A stretch of 64,000 nt of DNA, taken from NCBI GenBank assembly GCA_965644265.1, contig OZ286463.1:115878001-115942000 (forward strand), read 5' to 3'. The DNA comes from Glycera tridactyla (taxonomy: Eukaryota). Below the pieces are notes generated by a model. The model worked only from the letters and a program-made list of their open reading frames with translations. It made no database searches and was not told the origin of the DNA. Of this stretch, positions 1 through 13,100 are shown one piece after another (position 1 is the stretch's first letter; each line of letters opens with the position of its first letter). The position numbers were made by a program, and so were the translations under genes.

Positions 1-450
1 CGAGGCGTTTAGGCGTAAGCAGCGGCAGCAGGCATCCGTGTGCAGAGCAATTTCTGCTCATTAGTACGCGGAATAATAAGGACTTATCTTAACGCTCACA
101 ACTCCACCTTTTTATACAAATATGGCCTGGCGAAATATGCATATCATACAATAGGAAGAAATATTGCAGTGAATCTAGTGAAGCTCGAATATCTTTAGAT
201 TTTTCGTTATTAAGTCTGCTGGTTCATATCGAATAGCTTTCGTTGTGGTGCCGGTAGACGGTGGTGGCGATCAATCGAACAGTGGCCTTGGCAGCGGTCG
301 GAGACTAGGGACTTATCTCTCTAGTCAATAGGTTGGTACCGATGGTGATGACGCCGTCGCCACTGGACCAATGATTGGTGAATACGGTCCCTCAGTGTGA
401 GTTGAGTGAGAAGTGGAGTGAGCCTCCGCGGGACACCGCCACACACGAGA
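1..450 (+). promoter_or_regulatory. CpG-rich promoter/5' region of the SLC16 gene; candidate donor of an upstream non-coding exon at 15 (aggc|gtaagc)
   Basis: CpG density is high compared with the CpG-poor introns. An inverted CCAAT pair (ccaatgattgg) lies at 368-378. The first coding exon is preceded by a splice acceptor (ttgcag 902-907), so a 5' UTR exon must lie upstream. Confidence 0.5.
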
Positions 451-922
451 CTCCCATCACTTGCTCGCTGGACTTTCTGCTGAGCAGGTGGGCAGCTTCA
501 CCGGCGTGCATGTACAGTGTAATAGCGGACCATACAAGGTGGGTTAAGTGGGGGGGGGGGGGGGGGCATGTAACTCAGTTGAGAGATCAAGTGTGTGTTG
601 AGCTGGTACTCATGCAGATTACATATTTCTTAGAGCATACTTTGTCACCTGAATATTGGCACTGCACTCTTATGTGTTTCTGATCCAGGACCATAGAATT
701 CTTTTTGTGATAAAACAGTTCTGGATGATGGCAAATACACATAAAATTTGGTGAACTTGTGGACTATAAAGTCTCATTGGGCATGAATGAACATGAAATA
801 ATTGTTGAATCTGGTGCCGGGAAATACTCACAATCACATCACAACCAATCTTTGTATATAATATATTGTTTCACATTTCACTCAGTCCTTGTATTCTTTA
901 CTTGCAGATTCAAACAGACAAA

Positions 923-1223
923 ATGGGCTTTGGAAAAAAGGATGAGGAAGTGAATGGTAACATAGTTAAAAATGGAAAAGAAGAAAAGACGTTACTCGAA
1001 AAGGAAGAAGATGACATGGATGATAAAGGTGGAGGAGTAGGGCATGTGAAAGACGGATTAGACCAGTTTGTGCCTCCAGATGGGGGCTGGGGTTGGGTGG
1101 TCTGCGTCATGTCGTTCTGGTGTAATGGCACCATATTTGGAATCCTGAACACTTTTGGAATTCTCATGGTGAAAATGTTGGAAGAATATGACAATGGAGA
1201 TGCAGACCTGGTCTTCAAAACAT
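923..1223 (+). CDS. SLC16A10: Coding exon 1 (MGFGKK...PPDGGWGWVVCVMSFWCNGTIFGILN...LVFKT)
   Basis: Acceptor ttgcag ends at 907, ATG at 923 in caaaATGG context, donor gtaagt at 1224, phase 1. Confidence 0.93.
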
Positions 1224-4044
1224 GTAAGTACCATTCTTTTACCAGCATTACTGTTGATCTTCAGCTTGAACACTGGTGAAATTCCATGTAGGAACGGCCA
1301 GAGATTCTGATCAGTATACATGAAAGTGTTGTGTTGAGGCTTAGAGTTGGTCAAAGGCATTGGAACAACCTATTTTGGACCATGGTCCTGTCCCATGATA
1401 ATGATATTCTCCCAAAGATACTGCCCATACAGTTTTACCGACCCGGCAAATAATATGGATATAATGGAAGCTGGAATTCTGAGAAATAGATGACCTCACA
1501 GGGCTCTACTTTAAGGGCTGCCCTACTAGCACCAGCTGGCAGATTTGCTGTTGGGGCAGATGATTTCATTGGTCTGCCTACCTGATGGACAGGTGCCTAC
1601 CCACTTTCTAGTCTATGATTATATACAGGAGGGCAGTGGAAATGACAGAAAGGGCAGGTGAAAATCCCACTACACCTGTCCAAAGGACAACTGAGGAAAA
1701 GGTTGATGTAGAGCCCTGCATCATGTCAGGATTACTGATTGCCTTGAAAACACTGAGGTAAATTTCAATCTCTTCATTTTCATATGCGTCACTTTTTTTA
1801 TTTCTGCGAAAAGTCTGAATTCATGAGAACAGATTTGGTGAGTTCAGCAAATTTTGTGGTAATGTAGCAAGGTATCCATATGACGCTACATAGATACACT
1901 TGATATTTTTCTGAGTGTACCCTGCTAGCTATCAGTCTAGAGCTTTGATACACTTGACATATTCTTTTCTCAAGTACTCGTATTCACCAGCATGGTGGTT
2001 GAACTTCCCCATGTTATTCCTGCATTTTGGCTATTGATGTAGGTTTTTCCATAATGTTCCCATATTCTGTGCTCTCGATGTAGGTCTTTTGCATTTAGTT
2101 TCCATACTAAACCTTCCAGTGTAGCCTATGAGGCAAGATGCTCATAGGATATCCTGACCACTGGAAATGCACTGTGAGATATCTTTTCTAGTTTTATATT
2201 TTGAGCAGTTGCAATGCTTGTGTTTGACCCAAATGCGTATTGAGTATCAACTAACAACACAGGAGGAATACAGTGAAACCTACATCTTGGAAGACCCCTC
2301 TTTTGGGAGACCAACCTCTAGTGGGAGACCGCTCTTTATCGGTTCTCCTCTATTTGAAATCTTCGAGAGCTATCTCATCAAGATTTCTCTTGTTGTGATA
2401 TCCACTGTATAGCAATAAGACCAAGGTGATGGGAGACCGGTCTTCATCGGCTCTTCTCTATTTGACATAGTCAAATATACCTCCAATGAGAGACCACCTG
2501 TCTTGAGAGACCACTTTTCGTTGGCGTTTGGGGCGGTCTCCCAAGACAGGTTTTACTGTATTGTAACTTTGATTAGACACCAGACAGTTCTACAGTGACC
2601 CACATGAGCCCTGAATGTAAGAACATTGGCAACAACACAAATCTCAGTGGCTTACTGATTGATGTTGTAAATCAAGGAAGACCTAATCAGCACAATACCA
2701 GAACCCAACCATGTCCCGACTGGCTTCAATGTCAGCCAGTATGCTGCAATCACAAGTAAGCTCATGTGGCTGTGTTAGATTTACTCTGATGCCTTGGTCA
2801 TATATTCAATAATTTGCGGGATCATCATACTGACATTTCTCACATGAGTCAAGATTCCTTCAATCTTGGCTGGGCCACCGGGTCTATCTTCTTCAGGTTT
2901 GTGAAATTTAAAGTGCCCAAAACCCCGACCTGGTATTTCACTGATGACCTGCGCAACTCTGCTGCAGTTGTTAATGGTTCTGCTCATGTGTCATAGCGAT
3001 GGGTGGGTTGGTCTTATCATTTTTCTCATGATTTTTCATATGTGTTTATAGTTCAATTGATGGTCAATCAAGCAAATTCAGGTAATCCTCGGGTTGTCAT
3101 AATTCCTAAAATATGCATTGTATAAATTTGCATTTGTCAGATGCAGCCAGAATTGTTGTTTCTTTCATCACATTCACTTTTGGGTACATGTTTACCTAAA
3201 TGACCAATGAGTGTTATTTTTTTCAGTTGCAACTGCCTCGCTCCTGGTGCCTTTGGTACCCATCTCAGTTAACTCATAGATAGTTCGTGTGAATGAAATA
3301 GAAGTATATTTGGAGACAAATATCATTGCTATACAAGGTTGAGATAGCCACTTCATAAGACAAACACTCTCAAACACTCTGACAAATATTTTCCCAGGAA
3401 GTGAATACATTTTGGGATTGTCACCATTATCTTTATAATCCAACATGTGTGACAGTTCACTTGAACTTCAGGAAGAGGTCATCCTTGTTGCTTAGCTCCT
3501 CATTGAGAAAACTTCTCCAGCAAGCTGTGGTTTAGGAGAAAATGTTTGTCTGTAGATTTTCTATGATCCCCAGACCTTGTTATCATCTTTGGCAATGCAC
3601 AAGTACAGTTAAAGACAAAGACCACCCCTGGACTCATCAAATAGTGGTCTTTGCATACAGTTAGTCTATGTAGAGAGGGTGGTAACTTCAAAAGCAGGTG
3701 TATAGAGCTGGTCCCTTAAGCAGGTTTGACTTGATTTCTATCACTAAAAAAATGTGTGTGAATGTGAGTGCCAGGTTTCATGATACATTGACCTTTGGGG
3801 GTAACACACTGCCAGCGCTGTGGCTTAACTGCATCCATCGCGAATCCATTTAAGTGGATCTGCCGTGGTGTAGAGGACATGAGCGTTGGCAGTTTGTTGC
3901 TGGCGAGGGTGCCAAACTGGAAGGTTGATGGTTCAAATCCCATACAAGCCAAAAAATAATTTGGGTGTTTGGAACACATTTCATGGACCTGTTGCCAGTA
4001 CAATCTGGAAATATGTCTCTGACATGACTTCTATCACTAAAAGA

Positions 4045-4113
<69 letters not shown>

Positions 4114-7100
4114 TTTTAGTGACACATGTGGGGACTTTGTGTGATGTATTGAATTCTCATCATCTCAAGCCCAGGGTACAAAGCTGGGCTCTCCATGCTG
4201 GGGGTACCTGCATACTCATCTACAGACCCCATCTTAGTAGTATGGACACCCCATGGTCAATATTTTAATCACCCCATGTGATGCTCTATTCAAGGATGCT
4301 GCTGGATGTACATTGATGACATCTAATGAATATGAGGGCTGCACATGAGCAGGGACTGTACGGCTGAGTGTGTATGATCCTCAGTTTTTACATTATTTGA
4401 AACCAGAGCCACACAAAAATATCACAATAGAGTGAGAAGAGATAGGTGCCCACCTGCTATTTAAAAACTGCACCCAACACCCTTGTCTCACTCACTATTG
4501 CCCACTGCTCTGCTTCCAAATTCTTCACGATTGCTCACAGTTTGAGTGATTCTGATGCAGACTTGGGTATGATTTTGGGTTTGGATAGTTGGGGATAGGA
4601 CTGGTTCAATATACAAGATTACAGGTCCATACAAATTCTGATGCAAAAAACTGACAGATATTCAAGGCTTTATTCCCCCAAGCAGCAAGTCATATTGCTA
4701 ATGGAGAATACATGGATGATGTCCAGGATTGGACGGGGATCATAAGCTCTGTGATCATTAGGATTTGTCTCCCTTCCCAGTCAGTGCACCACAATAATCA
4801 TCAAGTGAATGAGTTATTAAGTTAGAGCAATATAATATATGGCAGGACTTGTATACTCCAACCAAATGCCATCCTGGTTTGTCATCTGGCGAGTCATCGA
4901 CTTAGACTGATAACAATTTGATGTTGACCAGGGGCTTTCAATCATCATTCCCAACTGTACTCGGGAATTATAGTCGTGATATCAGGTCATTCCGGTGTTT
5001 GGCATTCAATAAAATGTTATTGGTCCAGACGTCTGGTTATTCAAGGGGCTTATCCGATTGGATTGGATTTAGTACTCTTTGATCTATTTCATTAATCTTG
5101 TAATAGTATCCTTTATGAGATATGACCTTACAATGACCTTAGCTTTTTATTAAGCATGAGATGATGGGAACTGTGAACGCTGCTGTTGATTTACTTTAGC
5201 ATGATAATAGAGAGAGACAGAGGTGGTGCTTATTTCTATGCCACCTGTTTTTATCAATTTTCATGTCAGCAGCACCATCAAGGAACTTAATTTATATGCC
5301 GTTTTCATAAATGAATCTTCTCTACATTCATGTAATGGTTGTTATTTTCATGTAGGTGTTCACTTGTTTACTGCTAGGAGGTGTAAATCACAGGCATTAC
5401 ATCTAGGCTTGAGTGTTAGCTTCCAGCCAGTTACACAGTTAAACAGTGTAGCCTCCCCACCAGCGTGTCACACATTTGTGGCAACTGGAGGAAACTGAGG
5501 TTGTTTAACAGTAATACCCATTGATCACCCCTTGCTGAATTGTTTTCTGAAATAGCTAAGCATGCTTGATGACTATTTCCTCGTGACTATGTTCTAAGCC
5601 ATCGTCAATGTGGGGTTGAATGTCTGTCGAAATTGAAGGATTTAAAAAATATTGATTTTTATGTCTCATATCATTTCAAAGATTTTATCATTAATGTGTC
5701 TTCTCACTTTATTGCACTGAGGATCCTGAAAGAAAGATGTATCCTAACAGGAATAATTGAGTACATTTCCATCTAGATTTTCACAACAGCTAACCTTTTT
5801 ACAACCCTTACCAGATCCAGCAAACCCTGGAAAAGTTGGCAGTGTTTTGACGTGAAATAGACTGGAAATAGTTTTTTCTTGTATCAGATGTCATTCCTCA
5901 CACATATGAGTTTTGTGTAGTATGCTGCCAGCGGATAACTGCCAACAAAGTCAATCCATCATTAGGGCTCGACAGGATGAGGGGAGATAGCTGTCCAAGT
6001 ATCCTTCAGATTTTGTAGCGGACAGGTGAAAAATTATCATGAATACCTCACATATACATAAGAAGTGCAGGTGGATTTCCATGGTAAGCAGGTTAAATTT
6101 CATGATGTCTTTTCACCCTGCTTGTGCATCATTCTCTTTCTATATGATACATGTGTATGCTTCGGCCAGCCTTGCCTGAAATAATGCAATGAAGGGAACT
6201 AGTGCAACTTCATGTAAATCAGGGACAATCTAACGCAACTAATCTGTTTTCATGATCATCTCAATCAATCAAAGAAAAAGTTCTCCAGAATTTATGAACT
6301 TCCTTCTCTTGAAAAAATCCCCATTCACTTGTGCACTCATGTTTCTTTTCTGTTCAGAAGCTCTTGATGTATTTTTTATTTTCACCCAATGTAATAGTAG
6401 ATACAAAAACATATGCATGTCAAGTTTCTCCACCAATTGATTTGGGCCTGACCCAGCCAGGGAGGGCTTCAGTGGGGCTTTTCCCCACATATCGCTGATC
6501 CCATTCAAGTGTTTTCATGAAGATATATACCTAATGGACAACAGTCTTTTGACATAGCTCAGCATATAAGTCAGCGAGCTCCTCCACAGGCTAGGCGGTT
6601 GGTGCCATGCTGGAGGTCCCAAGTTCAAATCCACAAGAAATCGGATGATTTCTCAAATGTAATTTGTACATTTCAATGGTGTATCGTGAAACACAGTTTC
6701 AACTGATCATCTCCCATTGTGTGACATTTCACAAAAACGGCTTGAACACGAGTATGACAGGATGGTCACTGGGTTCTCTGGGTGTCTGTGTGGGGAGTGT
6801 AGCATGCACTTGGCTGTGCTGTGGGGCCAGTTTTTTGAGGTGGTCTCCATAGCTCAGCATGTAAGTCAGCAGGCTCCTCCACAGGCTAGGCGGTTGGTGC
6901 CATGCTGGAGATCCCAGGTTCAACTCCACAAGAAATCGGATGATTTCTCAAAATGTAATTTGTACATTTCAATGGTGTATCGTGAAACACAGTTTCAACT
7001 AGTCTTTTGACTTGTAATACAGTCGAACCTGCTCGAGAGACCACTTCTATACAAAGGCCACAAGCGCACTCAGGCCACACAGAGCTGTTACCATGACAGT

Positions 7101-10100
7101 ATTTTCTACAGTAAATGCTTTCTCTACGAAGGCCATGTCAACAAAGTTCACTTTTTATGTGACCAAGGGTGACCTTTGATGACAGGTTCAACTGTACAGC
7201 ATTTAATAAGAGGCCAGTCAGTGCACAAATCATGGAAAGTGGTAGCAGTGAGTGCTTTGATAGTGCGTATGATAGTGCGTACGTATCAGATGAGGTGATG
7301 AGTATTATCGTAGATCCCACATAGAATGATTGTGTCCTACAAGTGTGTTGCATCATATTCCTCCTCCTGATAACTGTCACCAGATATCAAGGGGATTATA
7401 CCCCTACGATTACTCCCACACGTGTGTGTCAGCTCCACACATCCTCCGCGCCCTACCCCAGGATTCCCAACGCCCCTTGCACTGTAAGAAGTGCCACCTA
7501 CAGGAGGATATATTATAATTTTTTTGTCCCAAGTCCAATCCGCCAATTGCCAGGATTTACTGATAAGACCTATCAGTATCTCTTATTGGCTGTTTGATAA
7601 TCCTTTTTATTTTACCCCATCATAAATTGTAAGCCGTTTTGTATCATACCTTATCATATATATGATGAATCAAATTATGAATACATGAATTCATTTATGA
7701 ATGCCATTGATATCTGGGATCAAAATAAATTCTGCCTCATACTCACTTACACATATCATTGTTTGATTAGTGATCCATGAATTTCTTAGTGTCAGTCTGA
7801 ATGTACATGTGCAGTTGATCATGTCAACAGAGACCACTTTTGGTTGCACAAAAATGGAACTCGTAGACACGGGCCTTTGAAAGTGAAAACACCTACTATC
7901 AAATTCACTGAATAGGGTGGTTTTTGTGAGCAGGTGGCCTCAATATGGGCTTGAGCAGGTTTGATTCTATTGGTCTGTCAAATTGGCTGTATTTTGTCAG
8001 AGGTGAAATTAAGAGGCATAGTTTATAACATTTCATGTACCCCTTTAATATGGGATCATCAGTATATGTATGAAATTATCCAATGAATTGTAATATATTC
8101 ACTATCAATCATAGTAGTTTTAATTGCTGGTGTGAGTTCGCAATGCAACGCTTGGGCGATCATGTGTGCTCTTCTCACAAACACTCAAAAATTGAATGTC
8201 ACTTGATGCAGATAAAAAGAACGTCATCAATTCTGTTATGCTGTTAGCTAGGTCATTAGAGTACATCAACCTTACCTCTATTATTTTAGTGTGTGGAATT
8301 TCTTGAGCATTTTATTGAGTATGGTATGTGCACGTTTGATACATTCAAATATTGATTTATCATTGAATTGGATCTGAAGGGTGTGAATATGTGAGAAGTA
8401 CACAATCTGCTCTCCATGTTGTTGATTGTTCATGGCTTCAGATTGAAATGTTGGAAGTTAGTTGATTGAAATCCACATTTTACTTTAATGAGGCATGTAT
8501 GACTTATGGGAAGAATACTGTGGAACTCATCTCAAAAGATGACTCTTGGTCAGATAAAAATGTTGTCTTTGTATACAGGTGGTCTCTGTAGAAAATACTA
8601 TCATGGTCACAGCTCAGGATGGCCTGTGTGGGCAGGTGGTCTTTATATTGAGGTGTACTCTTGGGCAGATTCAACTGTTATTCGCATACATTTCCTCATG
8701 GAGATAGCTCTAAAGGAGTCTCACTGCCAGAATTTTCGTCTAAGTCATGACAATGACAATGACAGTATCTTTTATTACGGCGAATACAGCAATTACATGT
8801 GACTGGTGATTTTATTCAAAATCCTATGTCATTGTAATTTAGTTGAGACACTTGAGGGTGGTAGTGATGCTGGTCTTGATGTCGGTGGGAATCATTCATG
8901 TGGGTATTATGCATCGCCTTGTTTTGACTAAGACGGAAATTGGTGGGAGGAGTGGGTTTTATATGCAGATATTTTGTTCAGAACTCCCTAGACCAAGTTA
9001 CAATGAAACCATGTAGGCAACAAATTCATTATGTTCGTAGACAGATGATGAAAGTGCATGATCTTTCAGAAAATTGAGCAAAGCGCACAACAATACCTGC
9101 CATTCATTCCTGGTTGGAGAGCCCCTCTCAACCTCTCTCTCATCTGGCATCTTGAGTCAGGCTGGCACAGGTTAGCAAATATGCAACAGTACCAATTCCT
9201 TCAAAAGTTTATTTTTTACGTTTCCCCAGCAGTGGTTGTTAAGATTACTGGGGAGAACAGTATTCATTGAACCAGGGTTGCATCCAGAGGGGGGCATGGG
9301 GGCATTTCACACATTTTTTCAGTTTGGCCCCTTTTCCAGGCAATCGCCGGCCACGATGCCCCCTAAAACAACAAAAGTGTTTCACTATGTCATGTTGAGT
9401 GAACCCATTTTGGGACATCATGAAGAGAAATGCCCCCTTTTCTCAAATTTAAGGGGCCCAATGCCCCCATTTCAGAAAATCCTGGATGCAACCCTGTTGA
9501 ACTTGATGCTTTCCCCTTGTTCCAAGTACCATGCTTTGGTTCAAATGAAAGCATTGCTACTGGTAGGTTTATTCAGATCCATCTGTTATGTTCAGATTAT
9601 GAACTGTCCACTGTGCTCACTTGAAAAACTTTCTGGCTCCCATTATCTTGTGTCAGGAGCCAAAATGTTTAGGATCCATTTGGACTCTTAAGTTGATTGC
9701 CCGGGGGCTGCTGGCTACAGTGAAACCTGCGACGAGAGACCGCCCTAAATGACACCAAAAAGCGGTCTCTCAAAAGAGGTGGTCTCTCGTTGGAGGGTCT
9801 CTCGTCGCAGGTTTCACTGTACTAACTTGTAAGATATGGTTGATGGAGTGTAAATATGGCAGCCATTGACTTCCCCATGCCATCAAAGAAAAAAATTAAT
9901 AGACAAACAGGAACAATCATCTACATCAGTGTTTCATCAGAATATTAGGATGATGAACGTGAAGTTGACCTACTTTGGAACAGTTGTTGAAGCATGTTAT
10001 GACGTTTTGAGTCGGTGTTTTAGGATGTTTTCAAATGGCATCTCATACATGATTCACCAGAGATTGCAGTACAGTGAAACCTGCCACGAGAGACCGCCCT

Positions 10101-13100
10101 AAATGTCGGGGGGTCTCTCGTTGCAGGTTTCACTGTACTCATATTCAGTGTCTTTGGCCAAGGGGAATTCAATCATTACTCAACCAGCCAATTTATGATG
10201 TTCCTCTTCCAATCATTAAGAATTACAATCTTCAATTTTCTTGGATGGCGGGGGGGGGGGGGGGGGGGGGGCAGGGTCTATATATATGGGTCTTGCTAGA
10301 GAAACCCAACACAGGAATGTCCAATGTAGAAACAGTACGGTGTGGGATAGGAGAGCTAGGTTGATCTGTCAATTGTCTTAGTGAGTGCTAGGTCAGTGAT
10401 GAACCTATCAGGCTGATACGCCAAGTAGAAGAGCGATTGCATGGCATGATATAGCAGATTGCGTGAGATGATACCGTGAGATGATACCGTGAGATGATAC
10501 CATCAGCTGATTATCAAATGAGTTCATCAGTCTTACCTAATTGTTTCCTGCACTAACATAACTAATGAATATATAAGCTAGGAATTCTCTTCCTTCACTT
10601 CATTCTCAATATAGATTATGGGAATTCCCCACACAATTTCTCAATATAGATAATGGGAATTCCCCACACAATTTCTCAATATACATATTGGGAATTCCCC
10701 ACACAGTTTCTCAATATAGTTAATGGGAATTCCCCACACAGTTTCTCAATTTTGATAATAGGAATTTTCCACACAATTTTTCAATATAGATAATGGGAAT
10801 TCCCCACACAATTTCTCAATATAGATAATGGGAATTCCCCACACAATTTCTCAATATACATAATATGAATCCCCCACTCGATTTCTCAATATAGATAATA
10901 AGAATTCCCCACTCAATTTCTCAATATAGATAATGGGAATTCCCCACTCAATTTCTCAATATATATAATGGGCATTCCCCACACAATTTCTCAATATAGA
11001 TAATGGGAATTCCCCACTCGATTTCTCAATATACATAATATGAATCCCCCACTCGATTTCTCAATATAGATAATAAGAATTCCCCACTCAATTTCTCAAT
11101 ATAGATAATGGGAATTCCCAGCACAGTTTCTATACTCTGTTGAAGTGTAGTCAAAAGTGAGAGATGACTGACCAAGTCCAAAGTCTGCATTGCTTCCCTG
11201 CTGTTTGTTTAACCCTTTAGCCCTCATATTGCTCTGGCGGGACCCCATCTGCTCCTCACATTAAAGGGGAAGTGCTAAAAACATGTTTTCACACGGTTTG
11301 AGGACTGAATGGTTGGAGTTCTAACTTTTAGATTTTTATATACAGTCGAACCTGCTCTAAAGACCACCTCTCTATGAAGACTACCTGAGCTGCGACTGTG
11401 GTAGTATTTTCAACAGTGAATGACCTCTCTATAAAGACCACCTGCCAATAAAGACTGCTTTTTGATGCGACTGAGGGCGGTCTTTATAGATAGGTTCGAC
11501 TGTACACATTTCACCATTGCATGAAATGTGAACAGACCTTAATGACGATATCAATATGTCAACTTCAGTGCATATGACCATCTTCATTCTCAATGCTAGA
11601 TGAATATAAGCAGTCAAGTTGGTTGCATCACAAAGTGGTTTGTAGGCAGGTGACTAATATAAAGTGCTTGTATATTTTAGAAAATACTCACAGTCACAGG
11701 CCGAGGTGGCTTTTATAGGCAGGTGATCTTTTTAGAGGTGGTCTACCGAGCATGTTTTACTGTAGAGGGAGAACATGCTACTCCAATAACCAACTGGTGC
11801 CGGTCATGTAAATCAGCTGCATTCTGCCATTTTTGCTGCATTCTTGAAAGTAGCCTCCCCAGTGGACTGTTGACTTTCTTGACCTCATCGATACCATCTA
11901 CACCCCCCCCCCCTCTCTCCAAACTCTGACAGTGTGACCAGGCTGTTTCATTTGAGGCTGTCATGACTATTGAATCAGTACAAAGTAGTGAATTTGATTT
12001 TGGAAACACCAGCAAATTGACCTACTGTAGAAACAAGGACTGACTTCAGTATCGATCTACACATTCAGACAGGCCCGCCCCCCCCCCCCCCCCCCCCCCT
12101 CCCCCCTCCCCCCCGCTGGAAATTCTGTACAGCGAAACCTGCGTCAAGAGACCACCTCTGACGGGGGACTGCTTTTCCAGGGTAGTTTCTCTATTTGGAC
12201 TCCGACCCAGGACAACCTATTTGAGGCGGTCTCTCATGGCAGGTTTTACTGTATCAGCCATTCATAAACCTCATGAGCCTGTCTGAATGTGTAGATGGAT
12301 ATCGAAGTCAGTCCTTGTTTGATGACAGGTTGGTGAATGGGAACAAACAGGTGCAATAGCTCTTGTTTAATCTATATTTTGGCCATTTTTTTTTCAAATT
12401 CCTTAAGACAAAGTTAATATGTAATCTACCACTAAGTGTCCTTCCCTACACATGTTGGGAATGTTTGTCATGTCATGTTGAACTACTAATATTGTGGGCT
12501 GTCCAATGTTTTTGTCCTCATTTTAGAAATAACTTTTAGAATTCCACTGTCTGAGGGTAGAAATAGCAGGCTGATGCAGCTACCAAATGAGGTGAATTTT
12601 GATGAACCTCAATCTGGAAATTCACAGTGAGGATCAGGGAGGACAAATTGATAACATTTTTGAATATTCAAGAAGCATTCTATGGTCTGACCTCATGCCC
12701 CCGTCATCAAGGCAGATAAAACTAGAGAAGTGCACATGAAGTCATATATTGAGTAGCAATGGGGCTCATGCAATTTAGGATGGTTTTGGTGAGATTACAT
12801 GGTTCAGGACACATACAAGTTGAAAATGGCACATGAAAATTGGACAAGTGTGTCAAAGACGCCCAATCAAGTGATCCGTGCATATCCCACTTTGTAACGG
12901 TGCCTCAAATCATGGGTTCCATTGTTTGCCAAGTATTTCCCAAACATCAGCAAGCATCATGTGATTTGGTGCAATGAGCATTATTGCTTCTAAGTTTAAT
13001 TAGCTTGACAATTGATGAATTTGATATGACGCGGAAAGCGACTCGCACATCAGTACTTGTTGAATACACCTTCATCCTGATGGGTATATCCTCATGTTTT

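Noticed and set aside
6554-6650. Possible genuine tRNA genes (also 3865-3945 and 59300-59362)
   Set aside because: Only A/B-box and T-arm-like parts are present, with no complete cloverleaf or acceptor stem. They are treated as SINE heads.
11211-11315. Possible piggyBac-like MITE (ttaa-ccctttagccctca)
   Set aside because: The right TIR is degenerate (about 11/14) and the right TTAA is missing.
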